From: Alphaproteobacteria bacterium
Lineage (GTDB): Bacteria; Pseudomonadota; Alphaproteobacteria; Bin95
Assembly (NCBI GenBank): GCA_964291285.2
Contig: OZ219788.1
Location: 608,001 to 672,000 of the forward strand
DNA: 64,000 bases
Direction of reading: 5' to 3'
Under the pieces are notes generated by a model that was given only the letters and a program-made list of their open reading frames with translations, was not told where the DNA came from and searched no databases. Position 1 is the stretch's first letter, and each line of letters starts with the position of its first letter. This document shows, piece by piece, positions 48,101-57,894 of the stretch. The translations under genes were made by a program, and so were the position numbers.

Positions 48101-48511
48101 GAAGCAGAGCGCCGCGACACGCGCCGCCGGCAGGGGTGCACCGACATGGGAGCGGAACTGCTCGACTGCCGGGAGCGTCGGCAACGACTGCGGATCGTGC
48201 GCCAAATGGTAGAGCGTCACCAGCGTATGGGTCTTGCCTCCGCCATAGGTAAGTTCGAGCTGGCGGATCGCTTTGGTGTTCCTGCCGGCGAGGCGCAGCG
48301 CCACGTCGCGCGCGAGTTCCCGCAACGGGAAGGTCGGATAGGTCAGCGCAAAGAACCGGCCCGGATCCTCATAGACCGGCCGCGCGCCCTTCTGCATCGC
48401 TACATCGTGAAGGTCGGCGGCAAAGTCGGCCAGCGAGAGCGCGCCCGTGCGCACATCCTCGCGCAGCGTCACGACCTCATGCCAGGGCGTCCGGGGTGGT
48501 CTTTGCGCCAT
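45194..48511 (-). CDS. DUF499 AAA+ ATPase
   Basis: PWHEVV..REDV, FAADL, FFALTYPT, YGGGKTH, LIDEV, SYPFHP, FQRTRGILR. Confidence 0.9.
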   Translation of the reverse strand: MAQRPPRTPWHEVVTLREDVRTGALSLADFAADLHDVAMQKGARPVYEDPGRFFALTYPTFPLRELARDVALRLAGRNTKAIRQLELTYGGGKTHTLVTLYHLAHDPQSLPTLPAVEQFRSHVGAPLPAARVAALCFDKLDVEKGMEVRGPGSGLRWLKHPWSVLAFQLAGEEGLRALHPDGANEERETAPAEPLLAELLSRPQASGLATLVLIDEVLMYAREKAAMEEGWHARLTDFFQYLCQAAVRVDRCALVASLLASDPAKSDALGKQLTRQIFDIFNRQREEGIQPVQKEDVAEVLRRRFFESGSIADPDAFRPHVTAAVANIAGVDETVGKNRAGEEQRFLDSYPFHPGLTDIFYAKWTQLDGFQRTRGILRTFAIALRDAEKWDRAPLVGPNVLLPAPGENALSEAARELAGTATREVTEGAGNVWSAVLEGELAKARAVQDDHPALKFREMEQAVCAVFLSSQPIGQKAHTPELMALVGAAGPDRIDVEKGLRRWTELSWFLDEAEFADAATLPRAWRLGNRPNLRQMHDDACANRVAAEQVEQALLEEVRRAKSLTQGAAAAGARVHMLPERPRDIGDDGEFHFAVLGPDAVSDSGRPSAQARRFIDETTGPDRPRIRRNAVVLAVPSRDGLDAARASIREYLGWEEVRRQLDGQGGDPVREGMLAASTEKARKRIPDAIRQAWAMVVAVNEHNDIQAFKTTIGAEPLFAVVKADRRARIQETAISAEAMLPGGPYDLWRADEVSRRVKDIAGAFAENPKLPKMLRRRDILGTIDRGVRDGVFVASLVRPDGSVRTWWRTPVDEQARSDPALELFLPDRATLSELDPQALAPDVLPELWTGASVAVADLAAYFAGGRMVTVQREGYAEPVGIPACPRAAVEAAVAEAVRQGVLWLVNGPASFQDETLPPGILSDTAELRAPLPPLSVNRLTKDSVPEAWKDGQASALALSAALSVQAGAPLPWAILRRAINDALDGRWLALAPESGAWPCPAAGAATVMLQEPEPAGFEDGGSEPASVRKGLHIGSADLAPNELQDLVEALPEVITAAAGVPLRFHLRMTLGDGGELHAETAASINDILKSANPGLRLSGAEKPNG

Positions 48512-48731
48512 GTCGTCCTCGCTCGATGGGTTCAGGCGGCGTCGAGGCGCCGGGCGAGCGCGTCGGAGCCGTTGCGGCGCGCCCGGCGGGCCGTCAGATC
48601 GTTGTGCACGGATCGCGCAATTCCGAGGGCTTCCCGGCCGATGCAGGCTCGGCTTGCGGGGACTGCGCCTGCTCCAGCCGAATGGAATCCGCGATCGCCG
48701 CCTCCAGGCATCAATGAAATCGTGGTGCCCA

Positions 48732-49940
48732 TTATCGGGCGAAGAGGCGTACGACGAACCGCTCGCCGTCCTCGACGAGATCGGGTTCCGTTCCGTTGTG
48801 CTGCTTCATGCCGCGAACGATCTTTCTCGGCACTCCCATCCCCATATGCTCAAGATAGCCATAGTCCCGCATCACGTCCTTCAACAGCTGGTTTCGGGCG
48901 GCTCTGGTCCCGGCGCGCATGCGTTCGGTCGTTATGCCGTTGGGAAGCCTCCCGGGCGAGACGATCTCCAGCCGGTTTCGATATATTGCCAGTTCGATAT
49001 CCGTATTCGCCAGGAGATAGTCCCGGTGGATCAGGGCGTTCACGACAGCTTCGCGCACCGCTTCATCCGGATAGGCCGGGCGCTGCGCGCGGCGCGCGCC
49101 GTCCTTGAGGCCGCCGCCCACCGGCGTGTTGCGCCCGACGAACGCCAGCGCCTGCTCGACGAGGCCGGCTTCCAGAAGATTGCCCTTGCCGTCCATGAGG
49201 GGGGTCATCGGGCCGCGCAGCGTTTTCCGCTCAAGTGCCGCGTAGTCCTTTTCCAATCCGGGAAACGCCGCTGCATCGATGCCCGCCTGCGGCAGGAAGC
49301 GATTAGGCGCGGTCCCGAAGAGCAGCAGGCCTGAAAGGCTCGCGCTGCCCTCGACCATGATCTCCGTGTTGACCAGCAAGGTCCGCCAACCCGTTTCGTC
49401 GTCGTCAGCGGGGACATCCTGTTGACGGATCGACCTGAAATACTCTTCGAGCCGACGACGGTCCAGATCGCCGACAGCCGCCCCGTGCACCGGCCGCAGG
49501 TCGACGCGGAAGGCGCCTCGCTGCTGGAAGAGCCGGCTCAATTCCTGGGGCGTCGGCTCCCGGCTCTGCGTACCGACCCGGATGAAATAGGCGTTTCTGT
49601 TGTTGTGCCACTGGCTGTGCACATCGACACCGCGTGGCGCCCGCACGATCGCCACGTCAGCGCCGGGGCGCACCTCCCTGACTGTCTCGAAGAACGGGAT
49701 AATGCCCGGCCTGATCTTGTCCCGGCACGCAGTCATCACCCATTCCTCCAGACGGTCCCGCGTCAGCCCGACGACGGACCCGTCATCGTCCACACCGAGC
49801 AGGACCATGCCGCCTTCGAGGTTGGAGAATGCGACCAGTTCCCTGGCGAGATCGTGGTTTCGTACATCGTCGCGCTTGAACTCGACGCCGGAATTCTCGC
49901 CGTTCGCAATGATCTCCAGAAGCTCTGTCCGTGTCGTCAT
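48732..49940 (-). CDS. AlbA_2 (Schlafen-like) + HATPase_c_4 protein
   Basis: GENSGVEFK, AFSN.EGG..LLGVDDDG, REAVVNALIHRDY, SPGRLP, RNQLL. Confidence 0.9.
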   Translation of the reverse strand: MTTRTELLEIIANGENSGVEFKRDDVRNHDLARELVAFSNLEGGMVLLGVDDDGSVVGLTRDRLEEWVMTACRDKIRPGIIPFFETVREVRPGADVAIVRAPRGVDVHSQWHNNRNAYFIRVGTQSREPTPQELSRLFQQRGAFRVDLRPVHGAAVGDLDRRRLEEYFRSIRQQDVPADDDETGWRTLLVNTEIMVEGSASLSGLLLFGTAPNRFLPQAGIDAAAFPGLEKDYAALERKTLRGPMTPLMDGKGNLLEAGLVEQALAFVGRNTPVGGGLKDGARRAQRPAYPDEAVREAVVNALIHRDYLLANTDIELAIYRNRLEIVSPGRLPNGITTERMRAGTRAARNQLLKDVMRDYGYLEHMGMGVPRKIVRGMKQHNGTEPDLVEDGERFVVRLFAR

Positions 49941-49942
49941 GC

Positions 49943-52669
49943 TCAGAACCCGTATTTCGAGCGGCGCATCTCGAAGGCGTTCCTGCCGCCTTCCAGCGTC
50001 TCCTCGACCAGTTCACGGACAGCTTCCGAGTCGATGGATCCCATATGCTCGGGCGCGATATTCGCTTGACCGCCGCCGGCCTCGCCGGACGCGGCGAGGC
50101 CGAGGATCAGTTCGGCGTCGCCGAGGACGGGAATGTTGGCGTTATGCGTCGAGAAAACGAACTGCCGCCGCCGCTTCTCGCGCCGCACGATCGGAACGAT
50201 CCTCTCGGCGATGAACCTGTTGTCGAGATCGTCTTCAGGCTGGTCGATCACCAGAGGCGCCTCGGCGTCGAGCAGCAGAAGCAGCAGGACCGCCGTCGCC
50301 TTCTGCCCCTTGGAGAGCGCTTCCAGCGGGCGCCATGCCTCCGGTTCGCCCTTGGGAGCCGTGTTCAATTCGATATGGGTTGTCGCGGGTAGTTCGAGCT
50401 CCTCGATTTTCATGTGCAGGTCCCGGCCGGCGTCGGCGATCCGTTCCGCAGCGCCCGGCGGGAGGTCGTAAGTCGAGATCAGGGAGTCCTTGCCTTCCCG
50501 GCAGCATTGCGAAAGCCCGGGCAGCGATAACGGGTCGGACTTGTGCAGGCGCTCAAGCGCGGCCGCAAGGTTTCCCCCGACGACCGTCCGAAGCAGATTT
50601 TCCAGAGGTTCGCGGTCGCCCGCCATTCTGACTTCGACCTTGACCTGCTGGCGGAGCTTGCCGTTTATCTCCTTCGCCGCCTTCGCCAGCGCACGATATT
50701 CCCGTGCCTTGATATCCTCCCATTCCGAAACCAGATCGCGGCGGTGCGCTTCGTGCATCTCCATATCCTTGCGGAGATGTTCCAGCCGGTCCTTCAGCGG
50801 GCGCAGATATTCGAGCTGCTTGCGCAGCTCGATGAATTCCGCGCCGTCGATGCCGGATTTCTGGTGATCGCGCAGCAGTTTTTCATACGCGCTTTCGATA
50901 GCGCCGCGCCGCTCGTCCCAGCGTTCCCGGATATCTGTAATCGCCGCATCGGCCTCGGTCAGGGCAGCGGCGAACCCGGCGCGGGCCTCGTCGAGCCGTG
51001 CGCCCAGGGTTTGCAGGACATCGCCCGTCTCGCGCAAGATATCCGCGTTCGGCAGAGAGGCCAGCGCCCTGGCGGAAACGAATGCGGCGTCGATGGGAAG
51101 ATCCTCCCCCAACGCCCTGAGCAACGCCCGAAAGGGTTCGAGCCGTTCGTCCAGAATCGAGAACAGCCGCTCCTCCCTGACGAGGAGGCTTCGCTCCCTG
51201 AACCGCTCTTCCAGCCCCGCTTCGCGAAAGCGCTTCTGTGTCTCTTCCAGGCCGGGCAGGGCGTCAAGCCGGGCCATCAATTCCTCGATTTCCCGCCAGG
51301 TTTCCACGATACGCAGGCGCGATTTCTCGAGCACCAACCTCATTTCCGCCTTGTGGGCCGAGAGCGATGCATCGCGTCCCGCACGGCGCTCGATAAAGCT
51401 TGTCAGTCTTTCCGGGCTCCCTGTCAGTTCGGAGATTTCGTGCTGGCCGAACACCTGCGCGCCCGGCATCAGCTCTCTCGGCGCCATGGCCAGCAGGTTG
51501 CCCGCATCGTCCCTGACGACCGGCGGATTGGGCACGGTGCGCTCGATTGCATAATGCGCTTCGGACGGGTGATGCGAGCGGACCAGAAGCGAGACCTTCG
51601 TTCCCGGTTTCAGGACATGCCTGACCGTCTCTTCATGCATCTTGCGCGCCTCGTCCCCCAGGGGGTCGAGGCCGAGCGCGTAGCGTATGCTCTCGATCAC
51701 CGTGGACTTGCCGGTGCCGCGGCCGCCGATCAACGTGTTGAGATTGCCGTTGAAGCGAACGGACACGCCGTCCAGAAACCCGCCTTCCCACGCTGCGGCG
51801 ACCAGTTCGGCATGGGGTTCAGACGGTGGGTCGCTGTGCAACCGGATTCGCGACCACGAATCGAGGAACGCCTGGCGGAATGCCTCGACCGAGACTTTCG
51901 ACATCTTGATGAAGCAGGATGCGCTGTCTTTCTCCAGATCCGCCGGGTCGTTGACATCCGAGGCGTTGACAACCGCTACCGCGCGGGTGCGCCGGTGCTG
52001 GGGATCCTTGTTCTCAAGGATTCGTCGGATCCCATCCGGCGCCTTCACGGTCGCTCCCGGCAGCGCGCAGGCAAGCAGATCCGGCGAGGTCCAGGCATTG
52101 ATCCGGGGCTGCCCGCTGAGGGTTTTCAGCAATCCGCCATTGGAAGCCACATGCGCGGCGATGGCGACCGCGCCCCACTCACGCGCCTTCGCCAGTAATT
52201 CAAGAGAGTCGAGGCTTCCCACGGGAGAAGCTGCGCTCGAATCGTGGACGCCGCAGTCCCCGATCACTCTTTCCAGCCTTGCTTCCTGCTCCGGGTCGAA
52301 AATGCAAAGGAAATGGACGCCGTCCTTCGTAACCGCCTCGAAGCCGGTGAACGCGAAAAGGCCGGCCTCGCGGCAGGCCCGCAAGAGCGCCCGGGACGTC
52401 TCGACGCGGTAGTGGTCGGTGACCGCCACGACTTCGATACCGGCCTTGCAACAAGCCCGGACGATCGCCGCATTGTAGTCCGCCTCCGAACGGAAGTTGG
52501 TCGATTTGCCGTGGCGCTCGAGATAGGCGAACGGATTGACCTGCAGGGCGCAGCGGTAGAAGCGCGCGCCGTTCGGCAGCAGCCGGGCGGCTTCCAATGG
52601 CTCGGATCCTGCAATTGTCGGACTGGTCGCCGCCTTCGTCTTGCGTTGTCTCTCGCCGCTGGTGCGCAT
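49943..52669 (-). CDS. PHP-domain + ABC/SMC-type ATPase (TrlF/Ppl-like)
   Basis: AVTDHY, IAAHV, SDV PHP motifs; GGRGTGKST, LSKGQK, IDQPEDDLDN, STHNANIPV; coiled coil. Confidence 0.88.
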   Translation of the reverse strand: MRTSGERQRKTKAATSPTIAGSEPLEAARLLPNGARFYRCALQVNPFAYLERHGKSTNFRSEADYNAAIVRACCKAGIEVVAVTDHYRVETSRALLRACREAGLFAFTGFEAVTKDGVHFLCIFDPEQEARLERVIGDCGVHDSSAASPVGSLDSLELLAKAREWGAVAIAAHVASNGGLLKTLSGQPRINAWTSPDLLACALPGATVKAPDGIRRILENKDPQHRRTRAVAVVNASDVNDPADLEKDSASCFIKMSKVSVEAFRQAFLDSWSRIRLHSDPPSEPHAELVAAAWEGGFLDGVSVRFNGNLNTLIGGRGTGKSTVIESIRYALGLDPLGDEARKMHEETVRHVLKPGTKVSLLVRSHHPSEAHYAIERTVPNPPVVRDDAGNLLAMAPRELMPGAQVFGQHEISELTGSPERLTSFIERRAGRDASLSAHKAEMRLVLEKSRLRIVETWREIEELMARLDALPGLEETQKRFREAGLEERFRERSLLVREERLFSILDERLEPFRALLRALGEDLPIDAAFVSARALASLPNADILRETGDVLQTLGARLDEARAGFAAALTEADAAITDIRERWDERRGAIESAYEKLLRDHQKSGIDGAEFIELRKQLEYLRPLKDRLEHLRKDMEMHEAHRRDLVSEWEDIKAREYRALAKAAKEINGKLRQQVKVEVRMAGDREPLENLLRTVVGGNLAAALERLHKSDPLSLPGLSQCCREGKDSLISTYDLPPGAAERIADAGRDLHMKIEELELPATTHIELNTAPKGEPEAWRPLEALSKGQKATAVLLLLLLDAEAPLVIDQPEDDLDNRFIAERIVPIVRREKRRRQFVFSTHNANIPVLGDAELILGLAASGEAGGGQANIAPEHMGSIDSEAVRELVEETLEGGRNAFEMRRSKYGF

Positions 52670-52670
52670 G

Positions 52671-55600
52671 TTAGACTTCCAGCCTTGCCTGGCGCGGGGC
52701 GGCGAGGCCGGCGCGGGTGGCGAGGTGGTTGGAGAGGGATTCGAGGATCGCGCGTTCCTCCGAGCCGGCTGGCGCCAGTTCGATCAGCGCCTGCAGCAGC
52801 CGCGCGAACAGGGCGTGGCGCGCGAGGCCGCTGTCGTCGATATAGGCGTTCACCTTCGCCTCGTCGCCCGCGCGCCAGAGCTGCATCAGCCGGTGCGCCC
52901 GGTCGATCAGCGGCGCGGGGCGCCCGCCCGGACCTTCGAGTCCCAGCCCTCTGGCCTTGCGCCGGTTCCAGGGCAGCAGCTTCGCCTTGCCGCCCCCGCC
53001 GCCGGCACCCGCAGCGCCGCCGCCGTCCTCGTCTTCCTCGCCGGTCCCGTCGTCATCTGATTCGTCGGATTGGACGCGGCCAGGTCGTGACAGGATGGCG
53101 AATCGGTCGGAGAGGTCGCGGTCGGACAGGTTGCAGGACAGCGCATAGAGGATGCAGGCCCCGGCGGGGGCCTCGCCCAGGCCGAAATCGCCGCGGTGCA
53201 GCAGGTAATAGGTCGTCACATCATCGAGGCCGCGCACCGCCTCGGGGTCGCCGTCGCCGGTCAGCACCCGGCCGACGACGAAATCGACCACCATGCGGCG
53301 CACCTCGCGCAGGAATTCGGAGACCGCCATGGTCTCGCCGGGCGCATCGGCCTTCTTCACCGCCGGATGCCGGGAGAAGGCTTCGAGCGCCGGCCCCGTC
53401 GCGGCCCACACGAAGTCCGGCCCGCGGATGCCGGCATCCCAGAAGCCGCGCAGCCGCCGCACGATGTTCTCGCGCATCTCGGCCAGCACCGCGCTGTCCC
53501 AGCCCGGCCGGGCCGGCGGGCGCTTGCGGCAGACGAGCCAGACCGAGGAGGCGAGGGCGGCAGAGGACAGCGAACGCTGCCGGGTCTGCATCTCGGTCTG
53601 GATCGGCCAGGAGCCGGTGACGACGAACCCGGCGCGGATCAGCGCCGCGACCAGGGTCTCCCAGGCGTCGGGGGACTTGTTCGCGAAGACGACGACCAGC
53701 CGGCCCTCCGGCTTCAGCGCCTCGTGGCAGGCCTGGAAGGCGCGGGCCATGCCGTCTTCATAGGCCTGCTTGGACGCCGCCCGGTCGCCGCCGAACCGGC
53801 TGGCGTCGTCGATCAGTTCGCCGTCGCTGCCGGCCGCATTCCATTTCGGGCCGAGAGGGTCGGCGAACGCCGGTTCGGCGTCCGGCACGACGCCATGCAG
53901 CGCCCGGCGCAGCCAGACATGGAAGAAATCCATCAGGTCCGAATAGGGGATGGCGTCGTAATAGGGCGGGTCCGTGACGATGGCGTCGAAACCGCCGGGA
54001 ACGGATGCGAGGGCCGACTGCCGCAGCACCGTTACGCTGGGCGCGCCGTTTGTCGCGTCTTGCAGATGTTCGACGACGCGGGCGATCCACTCGACGGCCT
54101 GGACGAAGCCGCCGGTGGTGTCGGCTAGCGGACAGGATTCGGCGAAGTCCCAGACGACGGGCAGCGCGAAACGAGCGAACGTGCTGCGGATTTTCTCCGG
54201 GTCGTTGGTCCAGGTCGCAAGCGCGCTGCCCCGGTCGGCGAGGCGGCCGAGCGACGGGGCCAGACAGGCCAGGATAGCCTCCCGCCATTCTGGCGGGAGG
54301 TCCGCCATCGCGTCGGCGCACCGGCGCATCTCCCGCAGCACCGAACCCAGCGCCAGAAGCTGCCGGTCGGTGAACAGCTTGCCCCAGCGGTCGAGGCCGT
54401 AATTCTCCACCGAGAAGGCGCGGGCAGCGCCCCGCCCCTGGCGCGGTGTTAGCTCCATCGGCAGCCCGAAGGGAATGTCGGCATACAGCGCTTCCAGTTC
54501 GTCGGCGGAGACTTCCGCGGCGCGCAGTTCCTCGTCTTGCGGCAGCCGGTATTCCTTGCCCTTCGGCCCGTCCACGACCACGGCGGTCATGATAGCGCCC
54601 AGCCGCCCGGCGCGGCCTTCGAGGCGGATATCCTCCATGGTCATGATCGTTGGGCAGCAAGGGCAGCGCGCACCGCTGCGGCTCATCGTGCCTGCGCCGA
54701 GCCGTTTGTCGTGCTCGCGCTGCTGCGCCGCATTGCCGCCAGCCCGTGGCACGTCGGTCTCGACGCCGAAATCGACGCCGGTGCCGTCCGCGTTCGACGC
54801 CATCGTGAGCAGGATACGCTTGTTGTCCTTCTTGCAGAGCCAGCGCGTCTTGAGCAGGGGCAATGTCGCCCGGCAGCCCTTGCAGCGCACCGTGCGCGCC
54901 CACAGATACGCCACTGTCGGTTTCGGCACCCAGCGCGGGTTGCGCGGGTCCTCCAGATGTGCCCCGTCGAACCTGTCGTTCAATGGCCCGGCGTCAGTCT
55001 CGCCCCTTTCATCCGGCGCCAGCAGCGCGAGCGGCCGTTCCTCACAGGACTTGCCGCCGGGCACGAGCGCCTGGAATTCGGCATAGGTGGGATAGCGCTC
55101 CGCCAGCGCCGCGCGGACGCGGGCCAGCACATATCGGCCCCAGGCGCGCAACTGCCAGGCGAGGTCGGCCTGGAGAAGATCGCCGCCGGTTTCCGGGGCG
55201 TCGTCGAGCAGCCCCGGCTCCGCATCGCCAGCGTCCTCGCCTAGGCCGAGCGCGGCAAGTTGGCGGGCCAGGGCCTTGCCCTTGAACCCCCTGGCCTTGA
55301 GGAACGCCGCCATGAAGTCGCTGTCGGCGCGCGCAAAATCAGGCAGCGGGAGGGCCTCGCCAGCAAGGCGGTACGGATAGTCGAGCGTGCATTTCAGGAT
55401 GAACCAGGCGACCGGGTTGATGTCGATGGCGGTGGCCTCGCAGCCCAGCCGCATCGCCTCCAACGGAATCGCGCCGCCGCCGGCGAACGGGTCCAGCACC
55501 CTGGGCGCGCGTCCGCCATGGGCCTGGCGGATGCGCTCGCGGAACCATTGCAGGTCCGGGCCGTCCTCGCGCCCCCAGTGCAGCAGGCCGCCTGAGGTCT

Positions 55601-55892
55601 CGCGTCGGTGCTGATCCAACGCGCGGCCGCCGCGGCGTTCGGCCTTGACCGTCTCGATGACCTCGCCCGCCAGCCGGCTGTAGAGGGCCTGCCGTGCCGC
55701 CGCATCACCGGGATCGGGCAGCAGCGTCGCCACCAGCGCCGCCCGGCACGCCGCCAAGGGTCGCCGCGCCGGCCAGATATGCAGGGTCGAGATATGCCCG
55801 TGCCGGACGTTCTTCTCATGCACGGAGTCGATCGAGACCCGCTCCAGCGGAAAATCCACCTCGATCAGGCGGGTGTCGCGCTCGGCGGTCAT
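52671..55892 (-). CDS. DUF1156 adenine-specific DNA methyltransferase
   Basis: LHIWPARRPLAACRA, DPFAGGGAIPLEA (motif I), TDPPYY (motif IV), CxxC. Confidence 0.92.
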   Translation of the reverse strand: MTAERDTRLIEVDFPLERVSIDSVHEKNVRHGHISTLHIWPARRPLAACRAALVATLLPDPGDAAARQALYSRLAGEVIETVKAERRGGRALDQHRRETSGGLLHWGREDGPDLQWFRERIRQAHGGRAPRVLDPFAGGGAIPLEAMRLGCEATAIDINPVAWFILKCTLDYPYRLAGEALPLPDFARADSDFMAAFLKARGFKGKALARQLAALGLGEDAGDAEPGLLDDAPETGGDLLQADLAWQLRAWGRYVLARVRAALAERYPTYAEFQALVPGGKSCEERPLALLAPDERGETDAGPLNDRFDGAHLEDPRNPRWVPKPTVAYLWARTVRCKGCRATLPLLKTRWLCKKDNKRILLTMASNADGTGVDFGVETDVPRAGGNAAQQREHDKRLGAGTMSRSGARCPCCPTIMTMEDIRLEGRAGRLGAIMTAVVVDGPKGKEYRLPQDEELRAAEVSADELEALYADIPFGLPMELTPRQGRGAARAFSVENYGLDRWGKLFTDRQLLALGSVLREMRRCADAMADLPPEWREAILACLAPSLGRLADRGSALATWTNDPEKIRSTFARFALPVVWDFAESCPLADTTGGFVQAVEWIARVVEHLQDATNGAPSVTVLRQSALASVPGGFDAIVTDPPYYDAIPYSDLMDFFHVWLRRALHGVVPDAEPAFADPLGPKWNAAGSDGELIDDASRFGGDRAASKQAYEDGMARAFQACHEALKPEGRLVVVFANKSPDAWETLVAALIRAGFVVTGSWPIQTEMQTRQRSLSSAALASSVWLVCRKRPPARPGWDSAVLAEMRENIVRRLRGFWDAGIRGPDFVWAATGPALEAFSRHPAVKKADAPGETMAVSEFLREVRRMVVDFVVGRVLTGDGDPEAVRGLDDVTTYYLLHRGDFGLGEAPAGACILYALSCNLSDRDLSDRFAILSRPGRVQSDESDDDGTGEEDEDGGGAAGAGGGGGKAKLLPWNRRKARGLGLEGPGGRPAPLIDRAHRLMQLWRAGDEAKVNAYIDDSGLARHALFARLLQALIELAPAGSEERAILESLSNHLATRAGLAAPRQARLEV

Positions 55893-55963
55893 GGGGCGGC
55901 GCCGCGCGGCTGTGCGGGTCCGGTCGGCCCGGTGATGATCAGAATCTTGCGGCGCGCGGTCAT
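55889..55963 (-). other. 24-aa linker mini-ORF coupled at both ends
   Basis: MTARRKILIITGPTGPAQPRGAAP; ATGA overlaps with the UvrD stop and the methylase start. Confidence 0.45.
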
Positions 55964-57894
55964 ACGCCAATCCCTGTTTCGAGCAGTTGCGCGCCTTTGA
56001 CCGGATTCGGTCTTCTAGGACCCAGCTCGTGGATGAAGCGTGAGGTAATGGTCGGAACAACATTCTTTCGACCGGTTATACGCACTTTAAGTTGATAAGC
56101 CAAGTTTCGAGGCAAGTGTGTGACGCTCGACAGAATTAGTGTATCACGTGAACGAGTCACGGCAACATAGAACAGTCGCCGTTGTTCTTCGAGATCCTTG
56201 TTCTTCTCTGCCTCCGATAGCGAATCACCAACGTGTGAAGTTAGTCCTTCAACACAACCCATCACGATTACGAGATCGGCGGTCAGACCCTTTGATTTGT
56301 GCAGACTCATTACGCGAACATAATTGACATCTGTCGGCAATTCAGGTTGGGTGATGCGTGTGCGAAGTATATCCAGGAGAGATTTGGCATCGGCACCCTC
56401 AGGAAGACTAGAAGTCAGTTCGCGAAGCTCCTCAAAGTCGGAGTCGTCCGCTGGAAACAATGCATCCACAAAAGCTTGGCCAACCAAATTCTCAAGAACC
56501 TGTAGCCGCTGTCGAAGTTCAGAAAGCCTGTCGCGGAGAGAGTTGCCATAACACAACGAAATGCGCTCATCCCGAATGCCTTCAAGCACATCCGTTAGGG
56601 AATGGTCCGGTTGCTGACACAATTCGCGAATCCGTCCCCAAGCGGGGGCGTGAAGAGAGTGATTGCCGAAACCGCACCAGCAGCGAAGCGCTGCTGCGTC
56701 AGTTGGATCGGCCGCAAGCGTCAAAAGGGTAAATACCTGCTGCTTCTTGCTACCGTCCCTGCTCTTTGGATCGCCTTCGAGCGCCTGTTCCTGAAAGAAG
56801 CTGTGGGCCGGCACATCTAGCGCCGTCAAGGCATCACGAACCGCATAGCCGAACACCCGGCGTGGAGCGAGAACGAGAACCCGACCGGGATGGACTCGTT
56901 CATCGACGATACGCTGTCGGATGAATTGAGCTAACCCGTTCGCCTCCGCCTCGATATCTGTCCATTGGACGATATGGACTTCCCCTTGGCCGTTTTCCAC
57001 ATGCGGCAACAGAGATCGATTGACTCTATCGTTATTGTTGCTGATTAATTCATTGGCCGGTGCGACAATTGTGGTTGGGCACCGCCGAAATACCTCCAAC
57101 GTTTCGTCTGCAGTTCCGGTATTTCTCAGGTCAAACTCCTCGATCCCTTCCGGGTGTGCGCACTTGAAAGAATAGATCGATTGATCTTCGTCACCAATAA
57201 CTGTCAACTTCGCGTCTATGGCAAGTAGATCGATCACCTCCTGCTCGGCGACGTTCAGGTCTTGATACTCGTCAACGAGAATCTCCGTGAACTGATCAAA
57301 GTCCCGTGCCGCGGGGTTGTTCCGAAGATAACGCAAGACTTCCGGTACAAGTTCGCCGATCAACATTGCCCCATGAAAGCGCAACCAATCAAGAAGCGCG
57401 GCTTGGAAAGCCTTATCCGTTGCATCGTTTGGCCAACCTGGCTGCTCGTCTTGGAGTCTCGCCCAAGCCGCCTCAAAGGCCATGAGCCGTTTCCGCTTGC
57501 CGTGGATCGTGCCGAAGGCGTTTCCCGGTAGATCCTCCAAGAGAAAGCGCCGCTCAAACTCCAATAGCGGCCGAGGAACCCGAGAGGTCGAAGCCAAAAC
57601 ATCATCTCGCATGAGGATTCCGAAACAATGGCCATGGATGGTAGTCGTTTTTACACTATCTGCTCCAGGCGCATTCAACGCAACGACGGCTTCTTTCAGA
57701 TCAGCCGCGGCTGTCCGAGTAAATGTACATACAAGAATGCGCTCTGGTTCGATTCCCTGCTCCAGGAAACGCGCGATCCGGCGCATCAACGTAAAAGTCT
57801 TGCCGGTGCCAGGGCCTGCACGTACACGCAGGGGTGATGCGTCTGACGCAGCAATGTTAAGCGCGGCACCGTGTAAATCGTCATTCCACGGCAT
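55960..57894 (-). CDS. UvrD/Rep-family SF1 helicase
   Basis: AGPGTGKT, TFTRTAA, VDEYQD, GDEDQSIY, SLHKSKGL, RRLFYVAVTR; TAATG-coupled to the upstream gene; lower GC. Confidence 0.92.
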   Translation of the reverse strand: MPWNDDLHGAALNIAASDASPLRVRAGPGTGKTFTLMRRIARFLEQGIEPERILVCTFTRTAAADLKEAVVALNAPGADSVKTTTIHGHCFGILMRDDVLASTSRVPRPLLEFERRFLLEDLPGNAFGTIHGKRKRLMAFEAAWARLQDEQPGWPNDATDKAFQAALLDWLRFHGAMLIGELVPEVLRYLRNNPAARDFDQFTEILVDEYQDLNVAEQEVIDLLAIDAKLTVIGDEDQSIYSFKCAHPEGIEEFDLRNTGTADETLEVFRRCPTTIVAPANELISNNNDRVNRSLLPHVENGQGEVHIVQWTDIEAEANGLAQFIRQRIVDERVHPGRVLVLAPRRVFGYAVRDALTALDVPAHSFFQEQALEGDPKSRDGSKKQQVFTLLTLAADPTDAAALRCWCGFGNHSLHAPAWGRIRELCQQPDHSLTDVLEGIRDERISLCYGNSLRDRLSELRQRLQVLENLVGQAFVDALFPADDSDFEELRELTSSLPEGADAKSLLDILRTRITQPELPTDVNYVRVMSLHKSKGLTADLVIVMGCVEGLTSHVGDSLSEAEKNKDLEEQRRLFYVAVTRSRDTLILSSVTHLPRNLAYQLKVRITGRKNVVPTITSRFIHELGPRRPNPVKGAQLLETGIGV

